This document shows positions 43,801 to 55,855 of a stretch of DNA of 64,000 nt, piece after piece. The position numbers and the translations under genes were made by a program. The first letter of the stretch is position 1, and each line of letters opens with the position of its first letter. A model generated the notes under the pieces. That model ran no database searches. It was not told where the DNA came from and saw only the letters and a list, made by a program, of their open reading frames with translations. Source of the DNA: Macrostomum lignano (Eukaryota); NCBI GenBank assembly GCA_002269645.1, contig NIVC01002893.1:1-64000 (forward strand), read 5' to 3'.

Positions 43801-46800
43801 GTTTAAATTCGGCTTTCAGCACCCAACAGAGCTCACCTTCAGTCCAGCCGCCTTAGTGATAATATTTTTATGTCCGATCCATGTCGGACAGTGGCTGATG
43901 TCGCTGGAGTCCACAGCGCAGGAGCCGACGGAGATGGCCACAAACAGGTTGAAGCACAGGATGCCCGCCAGGCCAACAAACAGCAGGTTTACGTCGAAGG
44001 CTTCGTTGCCGCGGACTCTGTAGAGTCGCAGATGGCGGACCGTCTTAACGATGCCAGTCACGGACATCGCCGAGGTGAACAGCAGCACCAGACACTCGAT
44101 GCTGACTATGACCAGCGTGTAGATGTTCTGGTGCGGCTGTTGAAGGACCGGGTTGGTGGGCCTGGGATTTGATTTTTATTCCGCCTTCCAAGATTTTGTG
44201 CTTGCTGAGTTTCTTAGAAAATGTTAAGGAGGCTGGTTTTCACCGAAATAGGAACTTTCACTTTTTTCAAATTAAAATTTTTATTGCTTTCGATAGGAGG
44301 CAGGCCCAATGTTCATCTTTTGATATGCTGTGCCTTTCTTATGGCTCTATCGATTTTCATGAAGCTTTTTGTTTAGAAAATTAGAATTCTATGTCAATTT
44401 TTTTTTCTTCTACGTGCATTCCCTGTACCTAAAACTCAAAAATGCATGGCACAGCTCGACTCATTGATTTTATGAATCTATTTTGTCATCTCTGTTACAC
44501 AATACTGTTCAGTCAGCTAAGGACAAAGTACCCTGGTAGGTTCATAAAACCAATAAGCCGAGCCGTGCCATTTTAATGGTTTTTAGGCACAGGGCATGTA
44601 CCATTGTACGTAGAATAAAAATTAACATAGAATAGATAGAATACATAGAAGTTCAGTAGTCCTCACAGATACTAGAATACCTAGATGGGCCACTCAGCAC
44701 ATTTGCGAGTAAACTACTTTCAGTTCAGTAGAAAGTTAAACAGAAGCATTTTAATGTATTTTTAAGCCAAGGCTCATTTACTGGCGGCTCTTACTCCTAG
44801 CATAAACCCTCCAACCGCGCCTTTTTGCGCTACCCCCGCCCCGCCCCAATTTTATTGCCTTTCTTCGGAATTCCAGCCTAAAGCTGGAACATATATGTAC
44901 GGTACATTTCAGTGGACTGGCCAATGTACATTACTGCTGAACCAATTAGCAAACTGTTTACGCCTGCAAGCTTGGCTTCTAAACTTATCTGTCATTTCAT
45001 CTGCCTTTATTTTATAAAATAGCTTATGTATTCTTCTTTGCTACTGAACTGAAAGTAGAAAGCTGTTTTGCTAATTTTAGTATCTGTGGGCGAGACTTGC
45101 ACGACAACCTTAGGCAAAATTTGCTGTGACCGCGAGATAGTCAGAGGACGCGTTCTACCTCTGAGCTTCCCCCCCCCCGCTCTCAACCCCGGGATTTCTA
45201 TAGGGGATTTGAACCCTATCCAAGTTAGACTGTTTGGGATTTGACAATCTGAAGAACGCAAACTATCTGGTTTGTTGGCGCACATTTTTGTCTGAGTTGA
45301 GCATCTGCAGGCTGATCATGGGCACCAGAACGCAGATCATGATGAGTAGGCCCAGGAAGAGACCTTTGTGCGACTTGTGACAGGCGGTGAACCTCGGCCC
45401 CTCCGGGTACATCTTCCTGCCGTAGGGGGTCACTTTGGTGTCGCCTATTTTGCTGAACACTTTGAAGCAGATGGCAGCGCAGATGAGGCCGTACTCGACT
45501 GCGCACGGGTACAGGTAGGGGCCGAGCTTGTGTGATGGCCCGTTGTCTAGCAGATTCTCGTGGCAGTCTGGAGAGCAGATCACCGGTTGTATCACTCATT
45601 CACTCACTCACTCACCCACTCGCTCACTCGCTCACTCGCTCACTCACTCACTCACTCACTCCCTCACTCACTCGCTCACTCACTCACTCACTCACTCACT
45701 CACTCACTCACTCGCTCACTCACTCACTCACTCACTCGCTCACTCACTCACTCACTCACTCGCTCACTCACTCACTCACTCACTCACTCACTCACTCACT
45801 CACTCACTCGCTCACTCACTCACTCACTCACTCACTCACTCGCTCACTCACTCACTCACTCACTCGCTCACTCACTCACTCACTCACTCACTCACTCACT
45901 CACTCACTCACTCACTCACTCACTCACTCACTCGCTCACTCACTCACTCACTCGCTCACTCACTCACTTACTCACTCGCTCACTCACTCACTCGCTCACT
46001 CGCTCACTCGCTCACTCACTCACCCACTCGCTCACTCACTCACTCACTCGCTCACTCACTCACCCACTCGCTCGCTCACTCACTCACTCGCTCACTCACT
46101 CACTCACTCACTCACCCACTCACTCACTCACTCACTCACTCACTCGCTCACTCACTCACTCACTCGCTCACTCACTCACTCGCTCACTCACTCACTCACT
46201 CGCTCACTCACTCACTTACTCACTTACTCACTCACTCATTCGCTCACTCACTCACTCACTCACTCACTCACTCACTCGCTCACTCACTCACTCACTCGCT
46301 CACTCACTCACTCACTCGCTCACTCACTCACTCACTCGCTCACTCACTCACTCACTCACTCACTTACTCACTCACTCACTCACTCACTCGCTCACTCACT
46401 CACTCGCTCACTCACTCACTTACTCACTCACTCACTCACTCACTCGCTCACTCACTCACTCGCTCACTCACTCACTCACTCGCTCACTCACTCACTCACT
46501 CACTCACTCACTCACTCACTCACTCACTCACTTACTCACTCACTCACTCACTCACTCACTCGCTCACTCACTCACTCGCTCACTCACTCACTTACTCACT
46601 CACTCACTCACTCACTCGCTCACTCACTCACTCGCTCACTCACTCACTCACTCGCTCACTCACTCACTCACTCGCTCACTCACTCACTCACTCACTCACT
46701 CGCTCACTCACTCACTCACTCGCTCACTCACTCACTCACTCGCTCACTCACTCACTCACTCGCTCACTCACTCACCTGTACCATTGCCAGTGTAATTTTC

Positions 46801-49800
46801 AACACCGCCGTCTGGGTGACTCTTTAACGCATTGTGACTGTCGGCGGTGAGGCCCACCTTGATTTCATAGATGACAGTCTTGACCCAGATGCACAGGTTG
46901 GTGACAATCAGGTGCACCATCATGAACCGAGTCAGCAGCAGCTGCGTATTGAACGTAATCTGATGATGGCAAATGGGAGTCGCTAGTTCCCTAAAATCTA
47001 CCTTGAACATTTGTGAATAATCACAGAAAAATGTACATGTTAGCTTCTAGAGACGGAAGCCAAGGGCTCACCCTGTGATGCTTGAACAGGTAATAGGTTT
47101 GGGCCATGATGAAAACCAGGTGAACCACCTGCTTGGGAATGAACCACATGTCATGGCAGGCCGCCAGGCCCTTCCGCTCGATCACCTCCGAGATTTTGAA
47201 GCCGTCGTGAATCATGACCCCAAAACCAAACACTGAAAAATTATGAGATAAAGTGTTGCGGAGAAATAAAGTTTTATATTTTCATTATTCGATTCGAAAT
47301 GGAATACTTGATGCACTCACCAATGGCACCAAGTCGGAGGTACAAGTTAATCCCAGTCTCCGATTGCGTGATGGGATTGACCGTGAATGCGCTGGGTGTG
47401 AAGGGTGACTCTGCGTGGGTGCAACGGTGCAAAATTGCATCGCGTTAGTGAAGTCTGGGTGATTTTTTGAATGATAGAATACTATAGGATTAGCCCATTT
47501 TTGTTGCAACATGGCCTTAGTGCCAATTCAAGCTGCAGATAAGAGTGCTATATTTCGATTAATCATTGGTGCATGCTGGATGCGTCAACCGCAACAAAAT
47601 CCGCCCAAAAAAAGAGCGTCTACTCTTTTTCAGTAGTTTTTCTGCGCAGAGTCACCTAAATTAAATCTGACAGCAAAAACTTCCTTTCCTTCCTAGGGGT
47701 TTGCGGCATATGGGGTTAAAGAATGAAACAATAAGCATTTAAATCGATGTACAACATCGAGTGAACGCCAGACGGCCGAACTGCCTATCAGGCAGTACAA
47801 ATCCAGCTCAGCCAATGAGAGAGCAGTAAGGAGAGAGGTCAAAATCAGACGGACGAAACTCAGCCTAGGGGCCAGGCCAAATCTAGCTCAGCCAATGAGA
47901 GAGCAGTAAGGAGAGAGGTCAAAATCAGACATAAGCTAGCAAGAGCAAAGCTTAAACTGTTTATTGGCCTGGCTGGGGCGCCACCCTTTTCTTTATTGCT
48001 CGCTTGTGCACACGCACTGGATTTGGGTTTTTAGATTTTTTAGCTTCGGTCTTAAATTGATTTTTAAAAATAATTTCGATTCTGAGGCACGTCTGGAGTC
48101 GGGTAAAACAGGGTGAAGATGCTGATATAACGGGTCAATTCTACGAGAAAGCCAAATGCGATTGCTGCTGCTCTAGTAACTCTAAATATCTTGCAACGTT
48201 TACTATATTTTTAGTTTTACTATTTAAAAGTAAAAAACGCGATTATTACTATTGAAAATTAGTACATAAAGCGCATTTTTTCGAGATAACACCAATAGTT
48301 ATTCAATATGGTATGTAGCTCTAGTATGTACTTTATGCACGGTCTGCTTCAGCGCTAATTTTGGCGCCACAGGTAGGCACTCATTTTGGCGCCGCAGGCA
48401 CTCACAGGCACTCATTTTGGCGCCACAGACAGGCACTCATTTTGGCGCCACAGACAGGCTTTCATTTTGGCACCACAGGCACTCAGTTTGGTACCCTAAA
48501 ACAAAATTATTGATTTCCACATCGGGTCACAAGGTAAATGGCTTTTACTGGGGGGGGGACATGTCCCCCCTGTCCCTCTCGGTGGCGACGCCCCTGCGCT
48601 TAACAATAAAGCCAAATTTAACAACAACGAAGAATATTAGAAAAAACCCTTTGATGCTTAAGGATGAATGACTCAAATTAAAGGCAGGTGACATTTTCTG
48701 AGGAAGGCCAAGCATGAAGGAGAAATCTTCAAGAATGAGCTCTGACAGAGTGCGTCCGACTCGCCTGGAGTGTCCGGCCCCTCGCCATCGGGCGACGCCA
48801 GGTAGCGCTCGTCGACCTGGCCGGCTCTCCTGCCACTGACAAGCACAGGAGGTAAGTCTGTCACCAGCGGATTTCGTTTCAGCATGCGACGGCGCGGTCT
48901 GTAGATCTGCGATCCGGCGGCGCCGCCGATGTCAGGTGCTGTGGATAGAAGGCCTTCATCGGCGGCGTCGGCCTCCGTGGTGGCCAGAGGGACAGTGCCT
49001 TGATGATCGGCGCCGTTGTGCGGAAGGTCCGGGCTGACCGGGTCTGTCTCCGGCGCATCGGCGGCGGCCTCCTGAAGGTGCGCCATTGGGATTTCGACCG
49101 TCTGCGGGCTGTGGCCGACGCTCAGCCCCTCGGAGGAGAACGCGGCAGCGGCGGTGGCAAATCGCTGGGCACGCTTTTTAGCTCGACGCTGGTGCAGCGA
49201 AATCAGCGAGTTGAGATAAATGATGCAGATGATGCCGACTCCGTGCATGAAGATGTAGAACATCTGCGGGGTGTTTAAATGAGGGGACCCCAGTGTTTGG
49301 ATAGACTAAGTCACCCAGTCACTGCACTGGTCAGTCATTTTAAAAATCTGTCACCCAGTCACTGCTCAGTCATTTGGACGACTGTCACCCAATCACACTG
49401 CTCAGTGATTTTGGAAATCTGTCACTCAATCACACTGCTCAGTGATTTTGAAAATCTGTCACCCAATCACACTGCTCAGTGATTTTGGAAATCTGTCACT
49501 CAATCACACTGCTCAGTGATTTTGGAAATCTGTCACTCAATCACACTGCTCAGTGATTTTGGAAATCTGTCACCCAATCACACTGCTCAGTGATTTTGGA
49601 AATCTGTCACCCAATCACACTGCTCAGTGATTTTGGAAATCTGTCACCCAATCACACTGCTCAGTGATTTTGGAAATCTGTCACCCAATCACACTGCTCA
49701 GTGATTTTGGAAATCTGTCACTCAATCACACTGCTCAGTGATTTTGGAAATCTGTCACTCAATCACACTGCTCAGTGATTTTTGGAAATCTGTCACCCAT

Positions 49801-52044
49801 AACACTGCTCAGTGATTTTGGAAATCTGTCACTCAATCACACTGCTCAGTGATTTTGGAAATCTGTCACTCAATCACACTGCTCAGTGATTTTGGAAATC
49901 TGTCACCCAATCACACTGCTCAGTGATTTTGGAAATCTGTCACCCATCACACGTCTGCTCAGTGATATTGGAGGGATTGCTCCCATAAGTTATTATACGC
50001 AGGCCAATCTGTGCTGTATCTCACCTGCCTGTAGGCGGCATGCTCCACGGGCTTGGCCAGGGCGTCGCTGATGGGAATGACCACGCCGTGCATGAGCACA
50101 ACCAAACCGTATAGAGTGAGCAGGGACTGCAGAATTGAGCTGCAAGTTGAAGCTCGATGATTGGCTGTGAATGCCAGCTGGCTTGGCTGTCTGGAACAGG
50201 GATAGAAAACTTTCACTCTGAGGAGTCATTGCTTGCACTGGATTCTTCATCGGGTTGCCGCTTCAATTTTGCAGAGCACCTCAGCGGGTTCGTTTCCATG
50301 AGCGGTGACTCTTTACACTCTAGAGGGTGAACCTTCTAGGCAGAGTGTATATGTCAGGCGATTAGACAGTCAGTCACTGTACACCCTTCACCCTACCCCC
50401 CTGCGTCATATCTATGCAAGACTATCAGCATGCGATTCTTCATTGCTGGCGATAGCTGGTTTTACCATAGACAAAGCCGTCCTAGACGTATAGACCATGG
50501 ATGAATGAATAGAATGGATTGCTATTCTGGCTCTGGCTATTTTCGTTTTCGACTCTTTTGCATCCGGTTCCCCCCCGTGCCTTTTCATTGGTTGATGATT
50601 GCCATAGACAATTTTCGGCCTTCGCCCCTTTCTTTCGATGCACAAGCGCAAAGAACTGATTTTATTGTAGACGAATCGACTCTCGAATCGTGCTTGTAGG
50701 TCTTCCCCCTTTATTTCAAAACACGAGCGAAAGCGCTTGTGCATCGAAAGAAAGGGGCGAAGGCCGAAAATTGTCTATGGCAATCATCAACCAATGAAAA
50801 GGCACGGGGGGAACCGGATGCAAAAGAGTCAAAAACGAAAATAGCCAGAGCCAGAATAGCAATCCATTCTATTCATTCATCCATGGTATAGACTACGTAG
50901 ATCATTCAGAAGGAAACTCACCTCTTTCTCGGCTTACGAGACGTCAAAGAGTTTTGCTTGGAGTGGGATTTTATTATAGACTTCAGACGCCCCATGGGGA
51001 GGCTTGGTTTTTCAAAAATTAAGAGAAAAGCTGGTTAAAGCTAGTTAGAAAAAATTCCAGTGCACAAATTGAGCCTAATATACACCTAGAGGACTTCCAC
51101 TCATTATAAGGCCTGGTTTTGCAGCGTACTCAGTTTAGTGGTAGAACAGAACTAGAAGAAATTTCAAACGGAAAGAAATTTAACTTGAGCATAGCTAGCA
51201 AAACAATGAGCACGGTGCGATGCGGTGTAACGTGCATGCCTATACATATAGTTAAGAGTAGAGGGCTTCTACGGCCTCTAAAAGAGAGTTGGCTATCAAC
51301 TGAAGGGTCTTTGAAAGAATTCACTATTGAGTGTATACGAGCTACGAGCTAAGCAAAGGCCATCAAAATATAATAACCAAAACTGAAGAGACGCGCAACA
51401 ATTTTAAGTATAGAAAATGTCATCGAGAATCTTAAAAATGGAAAACGAACTCGCGCTTCTTCAATGTATTTGTTGAATAAGCGGTCATTTAAAAAACAAC
51501 CATGTTATACAGGCATAATAAAATATTAAGAAGCAGTCATCAGCAACTATAGAATTAGATTCGTAGCCTTGTAGCCGTTCACTTCTGCTTGTTCTCGGAC
51601 CCGTCCTCGTAATCGGCAACTGCAGGTGTTCAGAATGAGGAGGCAAGGGGGCGACGGATTAAACGCAGTTGAAAAAAATCAGAGTTTGTTAGATAAAAAG
51701 CTACTACAAAAATAAGTGCTCACATTTGCCAAAGTACTGACGGATCTTCTGCAGGTGAGCAGGCACTTCTTTTTGAGGCTCGGTACCTTCCTCAGGCTTG
51801 CGAACTGTGTGGATTGGGAGATAAAAAGGGGAAATAAATTAGCCATCACCAATTAGTACTTTACGAACTAAAGTTAGCTAATTGCGAAGACCTAAACAAG
51901 AAAATGTACATAGAAATTGTGTTCCTTACCAACTTTGCCAACGGAAATGTCGGTGCCAGGCACAATGTGGAAGATCTGCGTATTACTGCCGTCGCCGTTG
52001 TCGCATTCGCTGATTGGGTTGCTGAAATCTCGCTTGTTGGCCAT
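40847..52044 (-). CDS. OTOP-like: Otopetrin-family proton channel (11 exons, ~753 aa)
   Basis: Exons (minus): 52044-51930, 51804-51724, 51619-51583, 50190-50025, 49263-48765, 47410-47321, 47232-47072, 46959-46776, 45567-45284, 44136-43837, 41191-40847. Phases consistent, 2262 nt. Family motifs GINLYLRLGAIVFGFG, HLIVTNLCIW, YLYPCAVEYGLI, CHKSHKGLFLG, LLIANLAMW and LPLIIFFRFHSSVCL. The three short 5' exons and the exon-5 GC donor are less certain than the TM core. Confidence 0.88.
41225..43730. repeat. Minisatellite, 20-bp unit (GACACTTGATGCTTGTGTCT; 18-23-bp variants), ~120 copies, filling the last otopetrin intron
   Basis: Direct reading; block duplications near 43060-43730. Confidence 0.97.
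44386..44633. mobile_element. Old degenerate MITE-like inverted repeat (~100-bp arms) in an otopetrin intron
   Basis: The left arm ATTCTATGTCAATT..TTCTACGT..CCCTGTACCTAAAA..ATGGCACAGCTCGACTCATTGATTTTATGAATCTA aligns to the reverse complement of 44537-44633 with scattered mismatches. No TSD recognised. Confidence 0.6.
45595..46775 (-). repeat. (GTGA)n microsatellite on the gene's sense strand, starting exactly at the intron donor
   Basis: The minus strand reads ACAG|GTGAGTGAGTGAG... from 46775 for ~1.18 kb, with GCGA/GTAA variants. Confidence 0.96.
47801..47930. repeat. Two copies of a ~48-bp direct repeat (AGCTCAGCCAATGAGAGAGCAGTAAGGAGAGAGGTCAAAATCAGAC)
   Basis: Copies at ~47805 and ~47885. 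Confidence 0.8.
48355..48490. repeat. Short degenerate ~25-bp tandem repeat (TTTTGGCGCCACAGACAGGCACTCA)
   Basis: About 5 copies read directly. Confidence 0.8.
49330..49945. repeat. Minisatellite, 37-bp unit with an internal palindrome (CAATCACACTGCTCAGTGATTTTGGAAATCTGTCAC(T/C)), ~16 copies
   Basis: Direct reading; contiguous copies without spacers inside the otopetrin intron 49264-50024. Confidence 0.95.
50496..50885. mobile_element. MITE, 390 bp, ~154-bp TIRs, 8-bp TSD GTATAGAC; P-element-like termini (CATGG...CCATG)
   Basis: Arms 50496-50649 and 50733-50885 are reverse complements except for 1 substitution and 1 homopolymer indel. Identical GTATAGAC at 50488-50495 and 50886-50893. Confidence 0.9.
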
Positions 52045-53119
52045 TTGTTTTAGTTGAGCAGCAGGTTGCGGGCTGGAGCTAACTTAGATTGGGTAGTTGC
52101 GCTTGATACGACGTTGACGTTGCGAGCCGTGGGCCTTGGTAAGTGAAATCAAAGGGCAGTCCCTGTCGTTTAAATAAGCGATAGAGAGGTCTAGATTGAG
52201 GGTTTGTGATTGGTGTTTCAGCTGTATGGGGTGGGTGGGTTGGGGGTGATGAAATGACTTTTCACTCTCTTGCCCCTAGCTAAACGCTCATTGGCTGGCA
52301 GAGTTTAGAGTAAGAGATTGGCTTCGCTAAATGGCTTTAAGGGTCCTGTTTTGTTTGGACTGGATTTTAAGACCGGTGCGAAAAATAACCACCGATCAAA
52401 TTCCTTTTAGTGGTAATCAACTCAGCCCTAAGTTAAGACAGCCTATATTTCATGTACTTCAGTTCAATGTACGAGTACAAAGTAAGGAGGGGTACATTCT
52501 ATTTTCACAAGTTGCAGGCAGGCGCTAATAATTTGTTTTTATTTTCGATTCATAAGTCAGACATTCATTTTGCATGGGTGAATCAGGGAGTTGTTAGGAC
52601 AGTAAAATAAGTCATCAATCAACAAAACATTTGCTAAAAATGAACTTTTCAAAATGGAAACAAGTAAATATACTCAGCAATATGGAAAAGTCGCCACCCT
52701 TTGCCCCAGTGAGCAGTGTATTTTGACCAGCGTTTAATTGTCACCTGGCCAACCATTTTGATAATAAAAAATGCTTGAAAAACACAATGAAACCGGGCGG
52801 CAGCTTCAATCCATCCAATATTCGCTCTCCGCTCTTCCCAGCCCAACTCTGCGCCGCGTGGCGCAAGTTGTGTCACTCAAAAGTCAATATAGAGCCAGAA
52901 TTCACCGCGTACTCTCAAGGGTGGCGACTTTTAGTTTTGTTGAGTATACTTCAGTAGATAAAGAACCGGGACAATAACATTGTTGATTTTCCATAAAAAA
53001 TGGCACTTACAACCACAAGAAGTGTTTATAAATTGAAAAATGAAATTCCATGCGTATGTACGACTAGCTCGTTGTACCCGATTTTAAGACCAGTGGGGGT
53101 TCCGGAAACCGCACAGGAC

Positions 53120-53960
53120 ATAGATAACAACAACAACAACAGAATACGCGTTCAGCATCACAGGGCGCGCCTCAAGGCCAGGTCGCGAATGAACGCCACG
53201 CCGCCGGCCGATTCCGGGGCGCCGGCGTCTGCCAGCAGGAGTCGACGAAACGCCGAGCGTGGGCCTGCCCCCGCCGGTAGGGTGCCTGCAGCGTTTAGCA
53301 GCAGCACATCCTGCACCGGCTGTGGGCAGTACGACTCGGCGCGGATGATGTGACCTGCCAGCTGAAGTCGCCGACGGCGCAACAGGTCGCTTGGACGGAC
53401 CAGGCCGGCGAGGTGATACAAAGCCGCTTTGGTCACTCGCTCGTAGCCGACCTTGAAGGCGGCGCGCAGCAGGCCAGCGTGCGCCGCGTCAACTTGTTGC
53501 TCGAGTGACTCCGTTAGCTGTGTCCAGGTCTCGGCTTTGTACAGCAGAACGGTCTCGATCACCGCCTGGAACAATCGCCCTCAGGCGGTCAGGTAGGGCC
53601 TGAGACTGCAGGACTGCCCTCACAGAACGAAAGGCAGCCCAGGCAAGCCCGCAGCGACACCAACAGGCCGACACTCGCCGCAACAGTCTAGCTTGTCCAG
53701 TTGTCGCTGGGCGCCCTCGACAACTAGACAGCAGGGCGAGAGCGTCGGCGTAGCCAAAGCACGCTGAGTCGCCTCTCTGGTTGACGTCGACCCACGCGTC
53801 GCCGCAACAGAAGCCGCGTCGTTGTTGGTAGGAAGAGCGGTCCGCAGCACCCAGCCAAGCACCAGAACGAACAGGAACGGCGCAAGCGTATCTCCCCGAA
53901 ACACCCCGGAGGATGTCTCAAAGAAGTCCGATAGGCCGTCCGGTGTTGAACAGCGGCATC
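53120..53960 (-). mobile_element. 5'-truncated, decayed RTE-like non-LTR retrotransposon (RT domain and C-terminus)
   Basis: RT motif RGDTLAPFLFVLVL (cf. QGD.LSP.LF), then LFQAVIETVLLYKAETWT and LLRRRRLQLAGHIIR, typical of RTE-type ORF2. Multiple frameshifts. 3' (TTG)n tail at 53126-53140. Confidence 0.8.
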
Positions 53961-54879
53961 GCGCCCCACAGTGTACATGTAGCTTTGGTTATAGTTTCTC
54001 ACCTACATGTACTGTATGCACGCATTTCATTTTCGTTGATCGATTAGTAGTTAGAGCAAAAACATTCATTTTTTTATACGGAGACCATGCAAGCAGACAA
54101 CCTGAGTAGCATATGTGACTCTAGCTGTTTGTCGAGTTTGCTTCTGCTAAAGATCCACACACGAGCTGTATTGTACAGAAATGACGAGGGGTGTCTGGAA
54201 AGTTCTGACACTTTTAATCAGTGGCATTGTGATGGGTTTTCACACAACTTTTGAATGAAATGACCAAAATACACAGCCACGCGACTGAATTCATTGGAAA
54301 GATCAAGAGATTTGCCGCTTTAAATTGACACCAAACTTGTGCTTGCAGCTGCTACTGCAGCTGTTGCTCTGGGATTATGGGTGGCATCGCTGAGATGTCA
54401 AGGGGGGAGGTTGATATGTTAAGGCTTGTGGGGGAATTGCTGAGATATCAAAGCTTACAAGGGACTGCGAGGTATATTGCAAAGCAACGCTACATGCAGT
54501 TTATTAGAAAACTTGTACTGCATTCTTTGGCTCCCTAAAGGGGGGGGGGCGTTGATTGCTAGTAATCCGTACACGTTAACTTCACAATCCTGCAGTCCTG
54601 TAATCCTGCCCATTAAGCCAATTCATGAAGATAATCTTGAGCAAGATAATAAGCAGCAAGATAAGAGCTAATAGGAGCTGATAAGAGCAAGATAATACTG
54701 TACGCATGCACGCACTCGTACACACGCTTACACAGGGTGCACAGTGGCCCTGACTTTCTAATCGTCAGGCATGTACTCTCTCTGTGCCTTGATCAGGAAG
54801 TTTTCGTGTACACAAGAGCCAAAATGAATGTGGGGTCGCGCGCACCGGATCAAACCAGGGGTTTGTGGCGCGAAGGGTG

Positions 54880-55855
54880 TTAGGGCCAGGTGCCACAGGG
54901 TGTTAGGGCCAGGGTGCCACAGGGTGTTAGGGCCAGGGTGCCACAGGGTGTTAGGGCCAGGTGCCACAGGGTGTTAGGGCCAGGGTGCCACAGGGTGTTA
55001 GGGCCAGGTGCCACAGGGTGTTAGGGCCAGGGTGCCACAGGGTGTTAGGGCCAGGGTGCCACAGGGTGTTAGGGCCAGGTGCCACAGGGTGTTAGGGCCA
55101 GGGTGCCACAGAGTGTTAGGGCCAGGTGCCACAGGGTGTTAGGGCCAGGGTGCCACAGGGTGTTAGGGCCAGGGTGCCACAGGGTGTTAGGGCCAGTAAA
55201 GTACAGGGTGTTAGGGCTAGTAAAGTACAGGGTGTTAGGGTCAGGGTGCCACAGGGTGTTAGGGCCAGGTGCCACAGGGTGTTAGGGCCAGGGTGCCACA
55301 GGTTGTTAGGGTTAGGGTGCCGCAGGGTGTTAGATCAAGGTGCTACAGGGTGTTAGGGTCAGGGTTCCACAGGGTGTTAGGGCCAGGGTGCCACAGGGTG
55401 TTAGGGCCAGGGTGCCACAGGGTGTTAGGGCCAGTAAAGTACAGGGTGTTAGGGCTAGTAAAGTACAGGGTGTTAGGGCCAGGGTGCCACAGGGTGTTAG
55501 GGCCAGGGTGCCACAGGTTGTTAGGGTTAGGGTGCCGCAGGGTGTTAGATCAAGGTGCTACAAGGTGTTAGGGTCAGGGTTCCACAGGGTGTTAGGGCCA
55601 GGGTGCCACAGGGTGTTAGGGCCAGTAAAGTACAGGGTGTTAGGGCTAGTAAAGTACAGGGTGTTAGGGCCAGGGTGCCAAAGGGTGTTAGGGTCAGTAA
55701 AGTACAGGGTGTTAGGGCTAGTAAAGTACAGGGTGTTAGGGCCAGGGTGCCACAGGTTGTTAGGGTCAGGGTGCCGCAGGGTGTTAGATCAAGGTGCTAC
55801 AGGGTGTTAGGGTCAGGGTGCCACATGGTGTTAGATCAAGGTGCTACAAGGTGTT
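54880..55855 (+). repeat. G-rich minisatellite, 23-25-bp unit (GGGTGTTAGGGCCAGG(G)TGCCACA) containing TTAGGG
   Basis: About 40 copies, with AGTAAAGTACA and ATCAAGGTGCTACA variants forming higher-order blocks. Confidence 0.95.

Noticed and set aside
48550-48600. GGGGGGACATGTCCCCCC palindrome and GGCGACGCCCCTG, hAT-like TIR end
   Set aside because: No matching opposite terminus or TSD found nearby.
49330-49945. 37-bp palindromic repeats resembling CRISPR direct repeats
   Set aside because: No spacers; located inside a spliceosomal intron.
50191-50216. Apparent 26-nt GT-AG micro-intron that would join an upstream reading frame (METNPLRC...) to the otopetrin TM1 exon
   Set aside because: A conventional model (exon 51619-51583, phase 2, spliced to the acceptor at 50191) fits without an ultra-short intron.
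54182-54212. Mariner-like TIR start (ACGAGGGGTGTCTGGAAAGTTC)
   Set aside because: No partner TIR or TA duplication identified.
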